NCBI RefSeq assembly: GCF_902713615.1
Contig: NC_052162.1
Span: 47,987,990-48,051,989 of the forward strand
Origin: Scyliorhinus canicula
Lineage: Eukaryota
DNA: 64,000 bases
Direction of reading: 5' to 3'
Shown in pieces: positions 13,046-26,255 of this stretch. The position numbers and the translations under genes are program-made. Numbering within the stretch: the first letter of the stretch is position 1; every line of letters begins with the position of its first letter. Under the pieces are notes generated by a model. The model was not told where the DNA came from and ran no database searches. It saw nothing but the letters and a program-made list of their open reading frames with translations.

Positions 13046-13720
13046 GGGCGGGATTCTCCGACACCCCGCCGGGTCGGAGAATCGCCGGGGGGCGGCATGA
13101 ATCCCTCCCCCGCAGGCTGCCGAATTCGCCGGCGCCTGGGTTTTGCCGGGGGTGGGAATCGCGCTGCGACAGTCGGCGGCAGCTAGCAGCGGCCTCTGGT
13201 GATTCTCCTGCCCATGATGGGCCGAGTGGCCGCCCATTTTTGGCGGGTCCCGCCGGCGTAAATCACAACAGGTCCTTACCAGCGGGACCTGGCTCCATGG
13301 GGAGTGCAGAGTCCTCGGTGGAGGGGGGTGTGGGGGGCGCGGGCGGATCTGTGCCCCACGGTAGCCTGGACTGCGATCAGGGCCCACTTGTCCATGGGCG
13401 GGCCTGTGCCGTGGGGGCACTGTTTCCCTCCGCACCATCCGCTGTCAACCTCCGCCATGGGTGGTGCAGAGAAGAACCCCCCTGCACATGCGGTGTGATG
13501 ACGTCAGCACACGCTGGTGCTCCCGCGCATGCGCCAACTCGCTCCGGCCGGCGGAAGCCCTTCCACGCCGGCTGGCACAGCGGCAAAAACTCCAGCACCA
13601 GCCTAGCCCCTGAAGGTGCGGAGGATTACGCACCTTCGGGGCGGCCCGACGTGGGCGTGGTTCATGCCACTCCTCGCTGCCGGAGTGGCCCGCCCCGCCG
13701 GTTCGCAGAACATCCCGCCC
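13046..13720 (+). mobile_element. Harbinger-type MITE, family A variant
   Basis: TIRs GGGCGGGATTCTCC / AGAACATCCCGCCC; CAG TSD (13043-45, 13721-23). Confidence 0.88.
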
Positions 13721-15786
13721 CAGTTTTATTGCAATAGATGCTACTTGTTTCTTCATATCACTTTTGGGATCTAGCCCATCTCCTTTATTAGTTTGGCATC
13801 CTTCTGTCTGTTCTTGAGAACTTGTATCATTTTGATCATCTGATTTACTATTCTTCTAATTTTCCTATCGATTCCCATATGACCTTTTTGCCACAAGACT
13901 GCAAGACATCGTAGGTATCCGCTAAAACTCCCACTTCTCAGACCTTTGATATGGGATGCTTATTGAAATAAGTCATGATGGTTACTGGAACGCTATTTTA
14001 GAATTCTTCCAGAATCAGCATTTCTCTCACGTTCTCAAAATTTTTTCTTTTACTTCGGTGATTGAAGCCACCAGTCCCACAACATTTATTTTTCCCCCAA
14101 CAAATTCTACTATAATTGCATACTATCTTTTCTTTTAATGTCCAAAATTTCAATTGCTTCAGGAACAAGTTCTTAAGTATTGAGTATTGCTCTTTTGATC
14201 ACTTCAGACTCTGGCGATTGTTCTTCTGACAGACCAGTGTACACATTCATTGCTCTACCTATCAGGACACTTTGTAACATGAAGGTCAAGCATCCTTTGG
14301 CCACTTGAACTTCACAGCTATTTTTCCAGACGAGGTTAAATATATTTCAGCTCCATCCTTTGTAAACTTCGACACTAAACAGAGATGTAGTAAAATCAAA
14401 ATCGTCAGTGGAATCAGAATCATCCTCTGAACCACTATCTCTCCTTTCTTCCTTTTATTCTCAGCTTTTCCCTAGCCAGTTCATGCTTTCTGCATTCTTT
14501 CTTTCTTTCAAACTTGCTCTGATGCTTTTTCATTTTGTTTTCGAAATCATGTTTTTCCATTCCCATTTATTTAGCTTTTTCTTTTTCCATTTCCTCTTTT
14601 TCTAGTTAAAGTTTTTCTTTTCCTTTTTCTATTCAAGTTGCTTCATTTGCAACTGAATTCCAGCTTACTCTAACTGTGATATGATAATTTCAGGTTTCTC
14701 TTCTTGTAATTCTAAATGCTGGGTAATTTATTTAATCATATCGTCCTTACGGCATTCTGCTTTTATTTCTACATTCAATTTATCTCCAAATTCTCTTTGT
14801 GTAGCCTGAACCAATAATTTCAAATAACCCATCGTGCCATTTTCTACTCTCATTTTGGTAACAGCTAAAGCCATTTGTGAGTTCCAACCAGAGTAACATA
14901 ATTCACAGAAAATACTATTCCTACGGCCAGTATCTCCATGTAGTCATTTCTTTAAGTATTCACTGATCTCACTTAAAATTTAAGGAATTTTGATCCCATA
15001 AGAGCTTCCACTTTTTTAGGATCCATGCTGCTGTAAATACTGGACAAGTCGGATCCCAGATTGAAACCTGACTTGACCGATACTGATTTTTTGTCAGAGC
15101 AAATTCATAGGAGTCGGCTGATGCAATTTAATATAAAGAATAAAATACTTATTGAAACAATAAAAATGAACTGTATTACACCAGGCAAAATGGTTGGAAA
15201 GATCTCAAAACAAATACAAAAGACGCTTCAAAATTCCCATCACTCCTTTACCCTAGCAATTATTTTTACAGACACACAAACCAGTGACGAGATATCATTA
15301 GCCTGACACAAAGGACCGGGGCAGTTGCACATGGTTTTCTTCTGAGGTGAATTCCTGAACGTTCACTTGATGCTTCTCAACCAACCTGTATCTTTCCCTG
15401 AGACAACAAAAAAACACACTTTAAACTCACTGTTTCTTCAATTGCAGATTCCCTCAGCTCCCTCAGTTCCCTCAGCTTAGTCTTCTAGTAGCACCACTGT
15501 TAAACCAATCACTTTGCTGAGTGCTAACTGATTATTCAGTTAATATTGTGCAATAGCCTCATAGTTTTACATCGCAGAGTGCTTAAGCCCTGTCTTCTCT
15601 CTCTGACAGGCTGACTGAACTCTCCTCACTCATCTTTGGACCAATTTTGCTTGGCAACGCTTTTCTGCTTTGCATGTTGCTTCCAAAACCACTGAACTTG
15701 CTACATCTTATAACTTATCTCGTTCCCTTCAGAGGTTGTAAGAACTCATTAAAATGCATATATACAAGCAAATACAAAAACATCTG

Positions 15787-15975
15787 GGGCTGGGTCCTCC
15801 GCCAGTGGGAATCTCCATTGCACCTGCAGCGCACCCACACGTGGGGATTTCCAGATAGCGTGGGGCTGCCCACAATGGGAAACCCCATTGGCCAACTGGT
15901 GGGACAGAAAATCCTTCTGCCGGCAGGGGTGCGCCACACCAGAAAACTGGTGCGGTGGGACAGAGAATCCCACCC
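15787..15975. mobile_element. Short (~190 bp) Harbinger-type MITE
   Basis: Ends GGGCTGGGTCCTCC / AGAGAATCCCACCC; CTG TSD (15784-86, 15976-78). Confidence 0.75.
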
Positions 15976-16327
15976 CTGAAATCGTTCAGTGACACACCGA
16001 GGCGCCAAGGTTCATAAACAAAACCTAAGTTAAACTGAAACACTTTTTGCTTCTTTAACAAACAAATAAATATAAAAATTCAATTTAAAATAATGCATCA
16101 TTACTAACACTTTTAAAAAGGAATTGAATAAACACTGGAAGGAGAAAGAATTGAAAGGATATAGTGGAAAACTGGGAGTTGCAGGATTTTTGTCCAAAAG
16201 AATCAAATTGTTCCAAGTTTAAGACTTTGCAACAACAGGCTGGTTTACTTTATGAATGAGTCCATTTAAAATATTGCCATTTTCCCAACCGTGACACAAT
16301 ATGCAATTATAAATTTGCGGTCCGCAT

Positions 16328-17884
16328 GATTGATATGGGGCAAATCACGTGGGAGCGGGCTAACCCAGATCAATAAAGAGTAAGCGAAGGGCCCTGGGAG
16401 AGCAGGGGTCTGGGCAGTGTGGACCCCGGAGCTGGACAGTCAAGACCTAACCATCATTGCCCATGCCTGTGTACAGTTGTCTTTGTCTTCTGTTAATAAA
16501 TCCCCATTGTTGTTACTGGAAGTTTCCACTGTATTGGCCCGAGCTAACACACAGAGCAATGAGATAAATGCCGTAGAATCTTTGTCATTGGAAAGCCCTC
16601 CCCCCAGCCCGAACACAACATGGGAAGGTCCCCTGGCCCCTCCCTCGCACCCCGCAACAACCACGGTGGGCAACCCCGGCCCGATCGTTTGCACGCAAAA
16701 AAAACCAGCTTAGCGCCAGGGCAGTACCCTGCCATTGCCATCTGGGCACCTTTTTAGTACCAGGATGGCACCCAGATGGCACTTCCAGGATGCCCAGATG
16801 GCACCAGCAGTGCTGCAGCACTGCTCTGCCCAAAGGGCATGCAGCGGGAGGCCTCCAATCCTCTTGGGGACCTCCATGAGTGCCAGGTGGAACGACCACC
16901 GGAGGGTCTCCCGGACGACCAGAGGCACATGAGTGGTCAGGGTAAGTGAAGGGTGCCTCCGATGTCCTCTCCCTGGAATGTGGGCACCTTGGCACCTCCA
17001 AAGTGCTTGGATTGCACTGCCAAGCTGGCAGTAGCACTGCCTGGGTGCCAGGGTGGCAGTGCAAGGTTGTCTAAATGACGCAAATGCCAAGGGCCAAGGG
17101 AGGCCATGCTCATAAAATGTGGGTGGTGGGGGTTTTAAGGGTGGGGATGTGCAGGGCAGGCAAATAGGGGCCTCCGGGAAGTTGAGGGGGTGATGGGTGG
17201 GGGTCCATTAAGGGAAGGGGGACTATAAGGGGGCTTGGGCTGGGTCTGCAGAGGAGGGACCCCATAGCGGGTGTTCTCATTTGGGATGGTGTGGGATAGT
17301 GTCCATGTGTGTAGGAGGTGACGTAGAACATAGAACATACAGTGCAGAAGGAGGCCAATTGGCCCATCGAGTCTGCACCAACCCACTTAAGCCCTCACTT
17401 CCACCATATCCCTCCTAACTTTTTTGGACACTAAGGGCAATTTATCATGGCCAATCCACCTAACCTGCACACCTTTGGACGGTGGGACGAAGCCAGAGCA
17501 CCCAGAAGAAACCCACGCAGACACGGGGAGAACGTGCAGACTCCGCACCAACAGTGACCCAGTGGGGAATCGCACCTGGGACCCTGATGCTGTGAAGCCA
17601 CAGTGATAACCACTATGCTACTGTGCTGCCCATTGCCTATAGGTGGGGATGTGATGGACCCACAAGCTCACTTAGTGATTGGGCCACCCTTTCAAAACGG
17701 CAGCCCAACCTCTGAGTTCAGCTCCCCAGTGCTAAAAAAGAAATTCTAAGTGTGGCCGAAACGGGTGAGAAACTCCCCAGGGCCCAAAAAAGTGTCATTG
17801 ATTAGCGGTGGCAGAGTAAGCAGGAAACTCCCTGAAAAACCTGCCACAAATGAACTAAAACATTTTTTGGGAGATTTGGGCCCC
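16328..17884. mobile_element. Decayed GC-rich non-autonomous DNA element containing a nested SINE
   Basis: GGGGCAAATC near the left end and GATTTGGGCCCC at the right end; reiterated GGCAC/GTGCC motifs. Boundaries are approximate. Confidence 0.4.
17323..17631 (-). mobile_element. HE1-type V-SINE
   Basis: Same head, core and tail as 10974-11319. Confidence 0.88.
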
Positions 17885-19504
17885 ATCTCATTCCTAATCA
17901 GCCGTTAAGTAAAAAAAGGGACATCCTTGGTGTTGTCAGATCTTTGCCTCAAGGCAATCTGAAGCTCTTCTCCAAGCATATGGAGACCAGCTAAGAAAGC
18001 ATTTTGCAGGTTGACTCCCAATACTGCTATAACAGCAGTTTGAACATTAATGATAAATACTATCACAGTCCTTCATGGCAGAAAGCACAGGCTGTGAGAC
18101 AGATGCAAAGTGGACATCTTTCCTTAATGGCCGCATAGATCATTTTAATGGACAATGTCACATTATGTCCAAGTCTCATTGTAATTCGCATAGTGACAAG
18201 TGACTTTTGCATTTGCTTCCCAGATTATTTTTTGTTAAGGAGGCCCTGTCCGATCTGAATATCCAGGCGCTCCAGCAGTGCCAATCTCCTGTCAGGATTC
18301 CCTAGTCTTGGGTAGCCAACATCACGTTTTCTCACCTGTACTTTGTGACAAATCTCATGTTTCCTCCCTGTCTTACATGATTATCAAGCATTGTGTATGT
18401 CATGTGAACAGGCTGAGTGGGTGCTCGTTTCACAGTGTACTGTGAGGTGTCAGCTACCTGGCAAGCATGTACAGTGACTTCACTCTATTCCTCAGTTTTC
18501 CCAAATGGCAAAGAATTGATAATTACTAAGTATATCCAGATGTTTTGGCTGAATACTCCAGATTTAGCAAGTGCTATATTGTACATATTTTGCAGTCTCC
18601 TTGCAAATTTGCTTCCAGGTGAGATGGTGGAAGTTCAATATGTTTACCCCAATATTATTTATTAAAGCAACACAAATATTTTTAAATATAATCTTTATTC
18701 TATTATTATTGCCATAGCTATACTATATGCTGGAGGTGTTTGTGCAACACAGGCATATGTTTCTATCATACAATATTTCTATGGTGGGTGGTAGACAATT
18801 TAAAACTTTTTCTCCTGTAGTAAAGGCAATAACTGGCAACCATCAGTTAGGTAACTAACAAGAACAAATTTATTATAAATCAAACTATATACAGAGCACA
18901 ACAATCAATATCTTAATTCTCAGCATTAGGATCACGATCTCCTGCATTCTACACCGAGATTTCCGTGCTCGTTCCCCATTGGACCATCGGGGTAATCACA
19001 TGACCTATCTGATGCACGCCCCTCTTAAATGGGCTAGCTATTACATCCCTCTACCTTTACCTAGTACATTGATAACTTATACAACTTTCCAAACATTAGC
19101 AATAATGAACAATATTTAACACAGGTTATCAGAAACTCAGTCTGTCAGGGACTTTCTCTTTCTCTGACATCGACGTAGCTCAACTGGTTAAAGTTCCACT
19201 GTAGAGGTAGCTTCAGTTGGACCTGTTTCCCTGGGACTCCCCTGATACCAGCGCATCACTTTCCACTGTTTTCATGTTTGCACTGGGAGCTGCACTTTGG
19301 CCTGGCACTGGCTGACCAGCCGCTTCACTCCTTGGACACACGACAGCACTATTGCTGGAACAATTGGATCAGTCAGCAACACTGGCCCTTGGGAGGGCTC
19401 CTGTTGATCCTAATGATCTATTTGCTTCTTCAAAACCTTGTCCTCCATTTTCACTTCATAGGTCTGTGGCCCCGTCTTAGGCGCGGCACCTCCCAGCACC
19501 AACT

Positions 19505-19738
19505 TGGTCCACTTTCAAATTTCTCTTTTTTAAATCAATTTAGTGTACCCAATTATATATTTCTTCCAATTTTGGGGCAATTTAGCTTGGCCAATCCACC
19601 TAACCTGAAGATCTTTGGGTTGTGGGGTGATATGGGGAGGATGTGCAAACTCTACACTGACGGTGACCCAGGGCCGGGATTGAACCCGGGTCCTCAGCGC
19701 CGAGGGCAGCAGTGCTAACCACTGTGCCACCGTGCCAC
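19505..19738 (-). mobile_element. HE1-type SINE, short-tail variant
   Basis: tRNA head and core; tail ..AATTGGGTACACTAAATT.. like 50947. Confidence 0.8.
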
Positions 19739-20024
19739 CAAGCAATTCACGAGGGTGCAAGAGAGCCGCAGCTGGCAACTTCTGGTGTGACTGGCATTGA
19801 TCACATTGTTTTACAATCCTTTCTATATCAGCATCAATTCTGCCTTAATGGCGCTGTACAATTCTTCCAGCAGTAATTTGCATCCTGGTATGGGAACGAG
19901 CACACTCGTCGCACCATCCTCGCAACTGAGCACATCTTTCCTGAGCTGATCAGGCTTTAATTCCTCCGAAGCTTTCTCATTCTGCCATTCATGCAGTATC
20001 ATCAGTTTAACCTTCAATAACTTT

Positions 20025-21370
20025 GGGCGCAATCTTCCGGCATTGTTTCACCCCTACTCAAGCGAAACGAGGCTGGTGAATAGCAGGAGAGGACAAAAAC
20101 TAGATCCGCGCCAGGCGGCAACCAGCCCCTAGGTGAATTTGGGATCTCGCTGTAGCGAGGCAGAAAACCAAATATCACTACTTAAGTCCCATTTTCATTA
20201 AATTAATGAGAGCCACCCCTTATCCAAAGGCCTCACGTCATTCAGCGGCCTCCCTAGCAAGTGCTTACGCTGGCGCTGATTAGTACTCCTTTTTAAAAAT
20301 GTAAACCTTGCGGAAGGCTTCTGTGGGGATCTGAGGAGGTAAGTAGCCATCTTTCCTCACAGGCAAAGAGCCCGTGGGCGCTGGGCTTGCTGCCTCTGTG
20401 CTTGGCGGGAGGTGGGGGACCCCCCGCATGGGTGGGCCGCTATCGGAGGGTGGGGGGGGCACTCAGGAGGCAACTGGGGGGGACAACTGCTCATGGCACC
20501 ACCATGCCAAATCCTGGATCGTGTGTACCTGTTCTGGGGGCAGCCCTTATCCCTGCCCATCTGCCACAATGCCCACCCATAGCCCCCACCGATTGCTGAG
20601 GCCTCTAGCCATGCAGCAGAAGGCTATTGCTAATAGGTAATTGACAATCTTGGTTGAGTGAGCACTTTACACAACCCAAGTGGATTCCCGTGTAGCATGC
20701 GGGAGTCATTGCCTAGCATCCCAATCAGACCGTGATGCCTGGAAAATGTACCTGAACACTGTGGGAGGCAACACCACATAGGCAGCAGCCAACATCCAAA
20801 CACCCAGGAGATGGGACACAGCTCCGGATCCGGTTGACGTTGTGAGTGAGTATTCGCGGTACAGGGTCTGGGGCCCGGTGAGGCGGGCCTGCTGTGGCCT
20901 GGAGTACTTGGGCAGGGTGTCCCGGGTAGGAGTATGTGGGATCAGTGGGGGAATGGAGGGTTCCGGGTTGGGAGCCACCGCTGTTTGCCAGTTTAATATC
21001 CTGTCTCAATGCATTATTAATATTGAACACATTGGCAGGGATATCGGACACAGAGGTTGCCCTTGTGGTGCTGGTGCTATGCGATTCAGCCAGGCACCGG
21101 AGAACGTGGCAGCAGCAGCGTTTGCAGCTGCTCAAGGTAGCGACCCATGTGCCGAACCCCACCCCATACCCTGAGGACCTGGCCGCCCATCAGGCTAGGG
21201 AGGGACCCAAAAGGGGGAGTCCCGCCATTGCCCAGGGTGTACAGGTGTCACTTCCTCTGAATAAATGACGGACAGCGTGTACCGCAGGACGCTCCGCCTC
21301 AACAAGGAGACACTGTGAAACCTGTGCCATATCCTCACAGACTTGGTACCACGTGGAGGAGGAGGACATC
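20025..21370 (+). mobile_element. Partial Harbinger copy with transposase N-terminus
   Basis: Left TIR GGGCGCAATCTTCCGG; GAG|GTAAGT donor (GT 20339-40); PYPEDLAAHQAREG and 'RLNKET' blocks shared with 30128 and 44721. Confidence 0.78.
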
Positions 21371-21379
21371 TTCGAGTCT

Positions 21380-21702
21380 CTACAGTGCAGAAGGAGGCCA
21401 TTCAGCCCATCGAGTCTGCTGACCCTTTAAAAGAGCCCAGCACTTAATCCCATATATCCATCCTCCCCCTGTAACCCCAACTAAGCTACACATCCCTGGA
21501 TGCTAAGGGACAATTTTAGCATGGCAAATCCACCTAACCTGCACATCTTTGCACTGTGGGAGGAAACTGGAGCACCTGAAGAAACCTCACACAGAAATGA
21601 GGAAAGCATGGAAACTCCACACAGTCACCCAAGGGCAGAGTTGAACCAGGGTGCCTGGTGCGGTGAGGCTGATGTGCTAACCACTGTGCAACAGTGCCAC
21701 CC
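21380..21702 (-). mobile_element. HE1-type V-SINE (older)
   Basis: Diverged copy of the same head, core and tail. Confidence 0.8.
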
Positions 21703-22724
21703 CCAAATTACCTTTTTTAATACTACTGAGCACATAGATTGTAATGCACCTTTGCTATCTCAATCAGCTCTGCAAATGTCTTTGTATCAGGGGCATCTGA
21801 GGATATTAGACTATGGATCAAGCTATACATCTGGGCCCCAAATCCAGTCAGCAATTTAACTTCCTTCTTATCCTGCCCCTCTATTTTAGCAGCACGGGAA
21901 AAGATATTCCAAACACTCCACATACTGTACCCAATCTTTGTAGCAGCGTCAACGGCTTCTACTTTTCCAAAGACAGGCATGCCTACTTCTTGCTCTTCAG
22001 CAGGCTGGACTCAATTGGACTTGTTCTGTAACTCTTGTAACCAAACTTTCCTTTGACATTCTCTTGTCATTGCAATCTGGGTTGCTATTGTTTTCTTCAT
22101 CGCTAATGTAGTACAGGTATATACAATAACTGGCAACCATCAGTTACCTAACTAACAATGGCGGGTTTGCTATAAATTCAAAACTATATACTCAGCACTA
22201 TAATGAGCACTAGGATCATAACCGGCTCCATTTCTGGAGATAGGCCATCAACTATAAGCCAGATGACTCCCACAGATAATGAACTGGCTCTGAATCGAGA
22301 TCTCTGCACTCCTTCCCTCCAAGGAGGAAAAAGATTCCAGCTGAAACATTGCAAATTCATTACATTGCATAGTATTTATAATCGTATAGCAGAAGGCCAT
22401 TATGATACTGAAAGTCAGCAGTGCTAAATTTCTTGACATGTTCATAATGAAAGATAGCGGTTCTGCAGTGGCCTGCAACTTCAGCATGATCCACTCCCTC
22501 GGCATGCTACACTTCAACCCTTCAGTCTGTTTAAGACATCCATATTCTCTTAACTTCCACCATGCATCTTTATTTCCTCTGTTCAAATGCCATCTTTTCT
22601 GCAGTAGAAGTCATGAAAGAGTAAGTGCAGAAAACCTTGATAATGTCAGGGACAGAAGTAAAATACTGCAGGTGCTGAAAATCTGAAATTGGAACAGAAA
22701 AGCTTGAAATATGCAGCATAATTC

Positions 22725-23340
22725 ATTAATTTATTCTTGGGATGTGAACCAGCATTCATTTCCCAATTGTGATTGCTCTTGGGAAGGGGGTGGTGAGCTG
22801 CCTTTCTGAATCATTGCAGCCAAGCAGGTACATCCAGAATGCTGTTCGGAGAGAATTCCAGAACTTTATCAGATAACACAGAAGGAACAGCAATAGAATT
22901 TCAGAATAGAATGTTTCTTGGCTGGGAACTTGTAGGTAGTTGTTTTCCCATGTGTCTGCTACCCTGTTCCTCTCTTAGAGGTCGCAGGTTTGGGAAGTGC
23001 TGATGAAGGGGTGTTGTTTAATTATTATAGTGCGTCTTGTAGAAGGTATACAATGTTTCCTCTCTGTGCCAGTGGTGGAAGAAATTAATATTTAAGGTGG
23101 TGAATGGTGTGTTTCTCAAGCAGGCTACATTGCCTTGAATGATGTTGAGTTTCTGGTATTGTTGGAGCTGCACTCATCCAGAATATGTGGAGAATATTCC
23201 ATCGTATGTCTGACTTGCACTTTGTAGATGGCAGACATGCTTTTGGGAGTCAGGAAATTAGTCATTCGCTACAGAATTCCCACCCTTTAACCTGCTCTTG
23301 CAGCCACAGTATTAATATGGCTAGTCCAGTCAGGCTTCTG
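22725..23340 (-). mobile_element. Old CR1/L2-clade LINE 3' fragment
   Basis: Minus-strand remnant resembling AQVR..MEYSP..WMSAAP..L..IQ. Confidence 0.5.
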
Positions 23341-25270
23341 TGGAGAGGGAAGTAGAGGTAATGTTTCAGACTCATGGCCTATTATCATCAGAGCTGGAAC
23401 AAGCTAAAAGATTTTCAGCAAGTGAAAGGGTGGAGGGTCGGGGAGGTCAAATGACAAAAGGGTTTGTGGTGCAAGGCCAAAGGGAGTGGCAATGGGCCAA
23501 GTAAAGAAACAAAAGATATGTCTAGAGACGCTGTGAATGGCAGGATCATGAATAGCTGCTGTCCGAAAGCAAAGGAAAAGCAGAGAGCAAAGAAAATCCC
23601 AGAAAAGTGAAAGGAAACAATTTGGCTGCAGTGTTCACATTCTTAAATTGGAGAATTTAGTATTGAGTCCAAAAGGCTGTTAAGTGCCCATGTGAAAGAT
23701 GTGATACTGTTCCTCAAATACTTAAGGAGGATGAGCTCAAAAAGGTGAGAGTAGGAGAAGATGAAAATTAAATATCACACAGAGTTTCCATTTTTGAAAT
23801 GAAAGGAGTTGTCCTGCAAAGTAATCAACCAGTCAGTATTTGTGAATGCAGTAAGTTAAATTGAAAGAAGTACAAGTAAATTGCTGTTTCACCGGGAATG
23901 AGTATTTAGGACATTGGACAATTAGATTGAGGAGGTAAAAGGGCAGCTGTTGCAAGTCCTGCACTGGTATTGAATTTTGCCATGGGATAGGAAGGGAAGG
24001 AGGTGTTGGGCATGTTTAATGGGTGCACCAGAGCATCGCAGAGGAAACTGTTCCTTCAGAATGTGAAAAGAGAAAGTGAGAGGCAGGTGTGTTTGCTTTG
24101 GCAAAACACTGGAGGTGGTGAAGGATATTCTTGAATATGGAGGTTGGTGGGCTGGAAGGTGAGAAACAGTTGAACCCTACCATGGTTCTGGGAGGGAAGG
24201 GATAAGGTGAGGGCAGAAGTGTTTGAAATCAGATGGACATGGTGGAGTGGCATATCACCCACTGTGCTGTAAATCCTTGGTTGAGGAAAAAAGACATGGG
24301 AGTAGTAGTACAGAAGGTTGCGTCATTCGAATGGATGTGACAGAGATGGAGATACTGGAGATGGAGAATGGAAGAGCTCTTACAGGAAGTAGTGTGTGAG
24401 GAAATGTAGTCAAAGTATCTGTGGGAGTCATTTGGATTATAGTTGATGGCCGACCTCCAGAAATGGAGACCAAAAAGTCAAGGGAAAGGAAGAGTTGGAG
24501 GTTGACCATGCAAAGGCAAAAGAATATTGGAAATTGGAAGCTAAGTTGATGAAATTTTCCAGCTCAGAGCAAGAATTGGAAACTGCACAGATACAGTCAT
24601 TAATGTACAGATAAATAGGTAAGAGAGAAAGCCTCTGTAGAAGTAGAAGAAAAAATGTGAGACAAAAAGGCAAGCTTAGCTAGGAACTCTGAGGGTAAAC
24701 ATAATACCTTATATCTGGAGGAAGTGCGTGGAATTTCAAAAGTTGCTCAACATGAGATCAGGCTTGGAAAGTTTGAGGAGGATGGTGGTTTACAGCAGCT
24801 GGCTGAGCCACTGTTCAAGGGGAAAGTGGAGATCACTCAGACTTTTGGGAAATGGTAATGCATATGGACAGAATTTCCATGGTTAAAAGGAGATGGTTAG
24901 GACCAGTTAAAGTGATGGAAGAGTCGCATGTGCAGGTGGGAAGAGAGTTAACAATGGGAAAAAAAGAGTCGAGATAAAAATACATCAGTTCAGTGTGATG
25001 TGAACAGTCTGAAACATTATTCTGTTCAACAGTCCTGTTCGTGGATTTTTGGAAGGAGGGTAAAAAGACCTTTATGGGATGGAGGATTATAAGGTTGGAA
25101 GCCATGGAGGGAAAATCTCCAGAGGAGATGATATCAGTCACAGTGTTAGAAATAATGACTTGATGTTTGGTAATAAGGTCATGTTCTGTGAGACGTAGGA
25201 TCAGGGACTTGTCATTCAGCGTCTTTCGGTAGAGGGCGGTATGACCGACAACACCAACACCACCCTTGTC
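23340..25270 (-). mobile_element. Penelope-like element remnant
   Basis: ELENFINLASNF, FLVSISGG..YNPNDSH.YFDY-like RT motifs; same family as 5340-6140. Confidence 0.6.
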
Positions 25271-26117
25271 AGCAGGAAGAATCCACAGAAAATTGTCATA
25301 GTATCCGTTTAGAAGTTTCCCAAGACATCACCGAACCTATATACCCAAGTCAACCTGGAGGAATCAGAGAGAGAGAGAGGGAGAGTGCGAGTAATCAAAG
25401 AAGTATAGGCAGCTAGTGCTGCACCAGAAGCAGAGAAAATGCGGACCCTATTGTCCGCACGCAGAACGTGGGTGGGAGCTCATGCTTAGATTGAAGAGAT
25501 CAAGTTCATGAGGATTAGTGGGAGGCCTGAAGATTCACATAACTTCAGCTAAAGAGAAGGAATCTTCAGAAATAATCTAACCCTCAAAATGAAAGTAATT
25601 CCTGCGATTTAACGTACCCAGTTGGGAAAAGAAAAAGGAAGCAGGCTCTCAAGAAACGATAATAGCTTTGAACTGGTTCCTGGAGAAAAAAATGAATAAA
25701 GATAATTAAAGGGACAGTGTAAAGTATAACCGTGGTGAGAGATATTTAGTAGTTTCAAATGTTAAATTGACAAAAGTTTTAGTATTTAAGTTGCCTACAA
25801 AAATTGTGTTTAGTCAATTCTGACTTTTGTTTGTTACAGTAGAAGTCTTATAACTTGAAATCCTGACGTCATCCTTTCAGTTGGTCACTGGAAATTAAAA
25901 TTTAGTTTCAAAGTTAACAGTCTGTATGAGACTTTCAAATGGATATCAGGTAATTGAGCTATGGTTCTTGAAATTTATCATAAAATATAGTGACAATATA
26001 ATTTCCTATTTCATTGTATGAACACTGAAGAAAACAAATATTGCATCAGAGTGGAGCAAGGAAGATCCCCATTCCAGCTTCCCACTTAACAATGCACAGA
26101 AACCAAATATACCTGCT

Positions 26118-26255
26118 TGTCAGCTTTGACAAAGAGCCATCGGACTCGAAACATTAGCTCTTTTCTCTTCCTACACATGCTGTCAGACCTGCTGAGATTT
26201 TCCAGCATTTTCTCTTTTGTTTCAGACTCCAGCATCCGCAGTAACTTGCTTTTAT
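26118..26255 (+). mobile_element. Penelope terminal repeat with degenerate hammerhead motif
   Basis: TTGACAA-A-GAG-CCATCGGA-CTC-GAAACATTAG followed by the ..CAGACCTGCTGAG..CCAGCATTTTC.. block also seen at 4140-4230, 30990-31060 and 36010-36070. Confidence 0.6.

Larger units (their letters stand above)
10190..15700 (-). mobile_element. Gypsy (Gmr1-like) LTR retrotransposon remnant
   Basis: Gag-like SVLIGRAMNVYTGLSEEQ..VIKRAILNT.ELVPEA (~14150-14290); protease ILSDTGANQSL (~12075-12105); GIDFIFGNDLAGSK; LTR from ~15015 followed by a TGGAAGCTC PBS-like motif. Confidence 0.7.
18816..22220 (-). mobile_element. Internally deleted Gypsy LTR retrotransposon with two LTRs
   Basis: LTR copies at 18816-19045 (TGTAGTA..TTACA) and 22107-~22220; PPT at 19046-19058; PBS-like TTAGCGATGAAG; gag MPVFGKVEA..YSLIHSL..APDTKTFAELIEIAKVHYN (21723-21980); pol fragment 19823-20020. 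Confidence 0.8.

Noticed and set aside
12910-13737. 275-aa ORF and the many overlapping Pro/Gly/Arg-rich ORFs at 6.9-8.9, 12.2-13.7, 27.8-28.6, 36.0-36.8, 38.2-38.9 and 63.2-63.9 kb
   Set aside because: They are stop-poor frames of GC-rich MITEs, open on both strands, with no recognisable domain.
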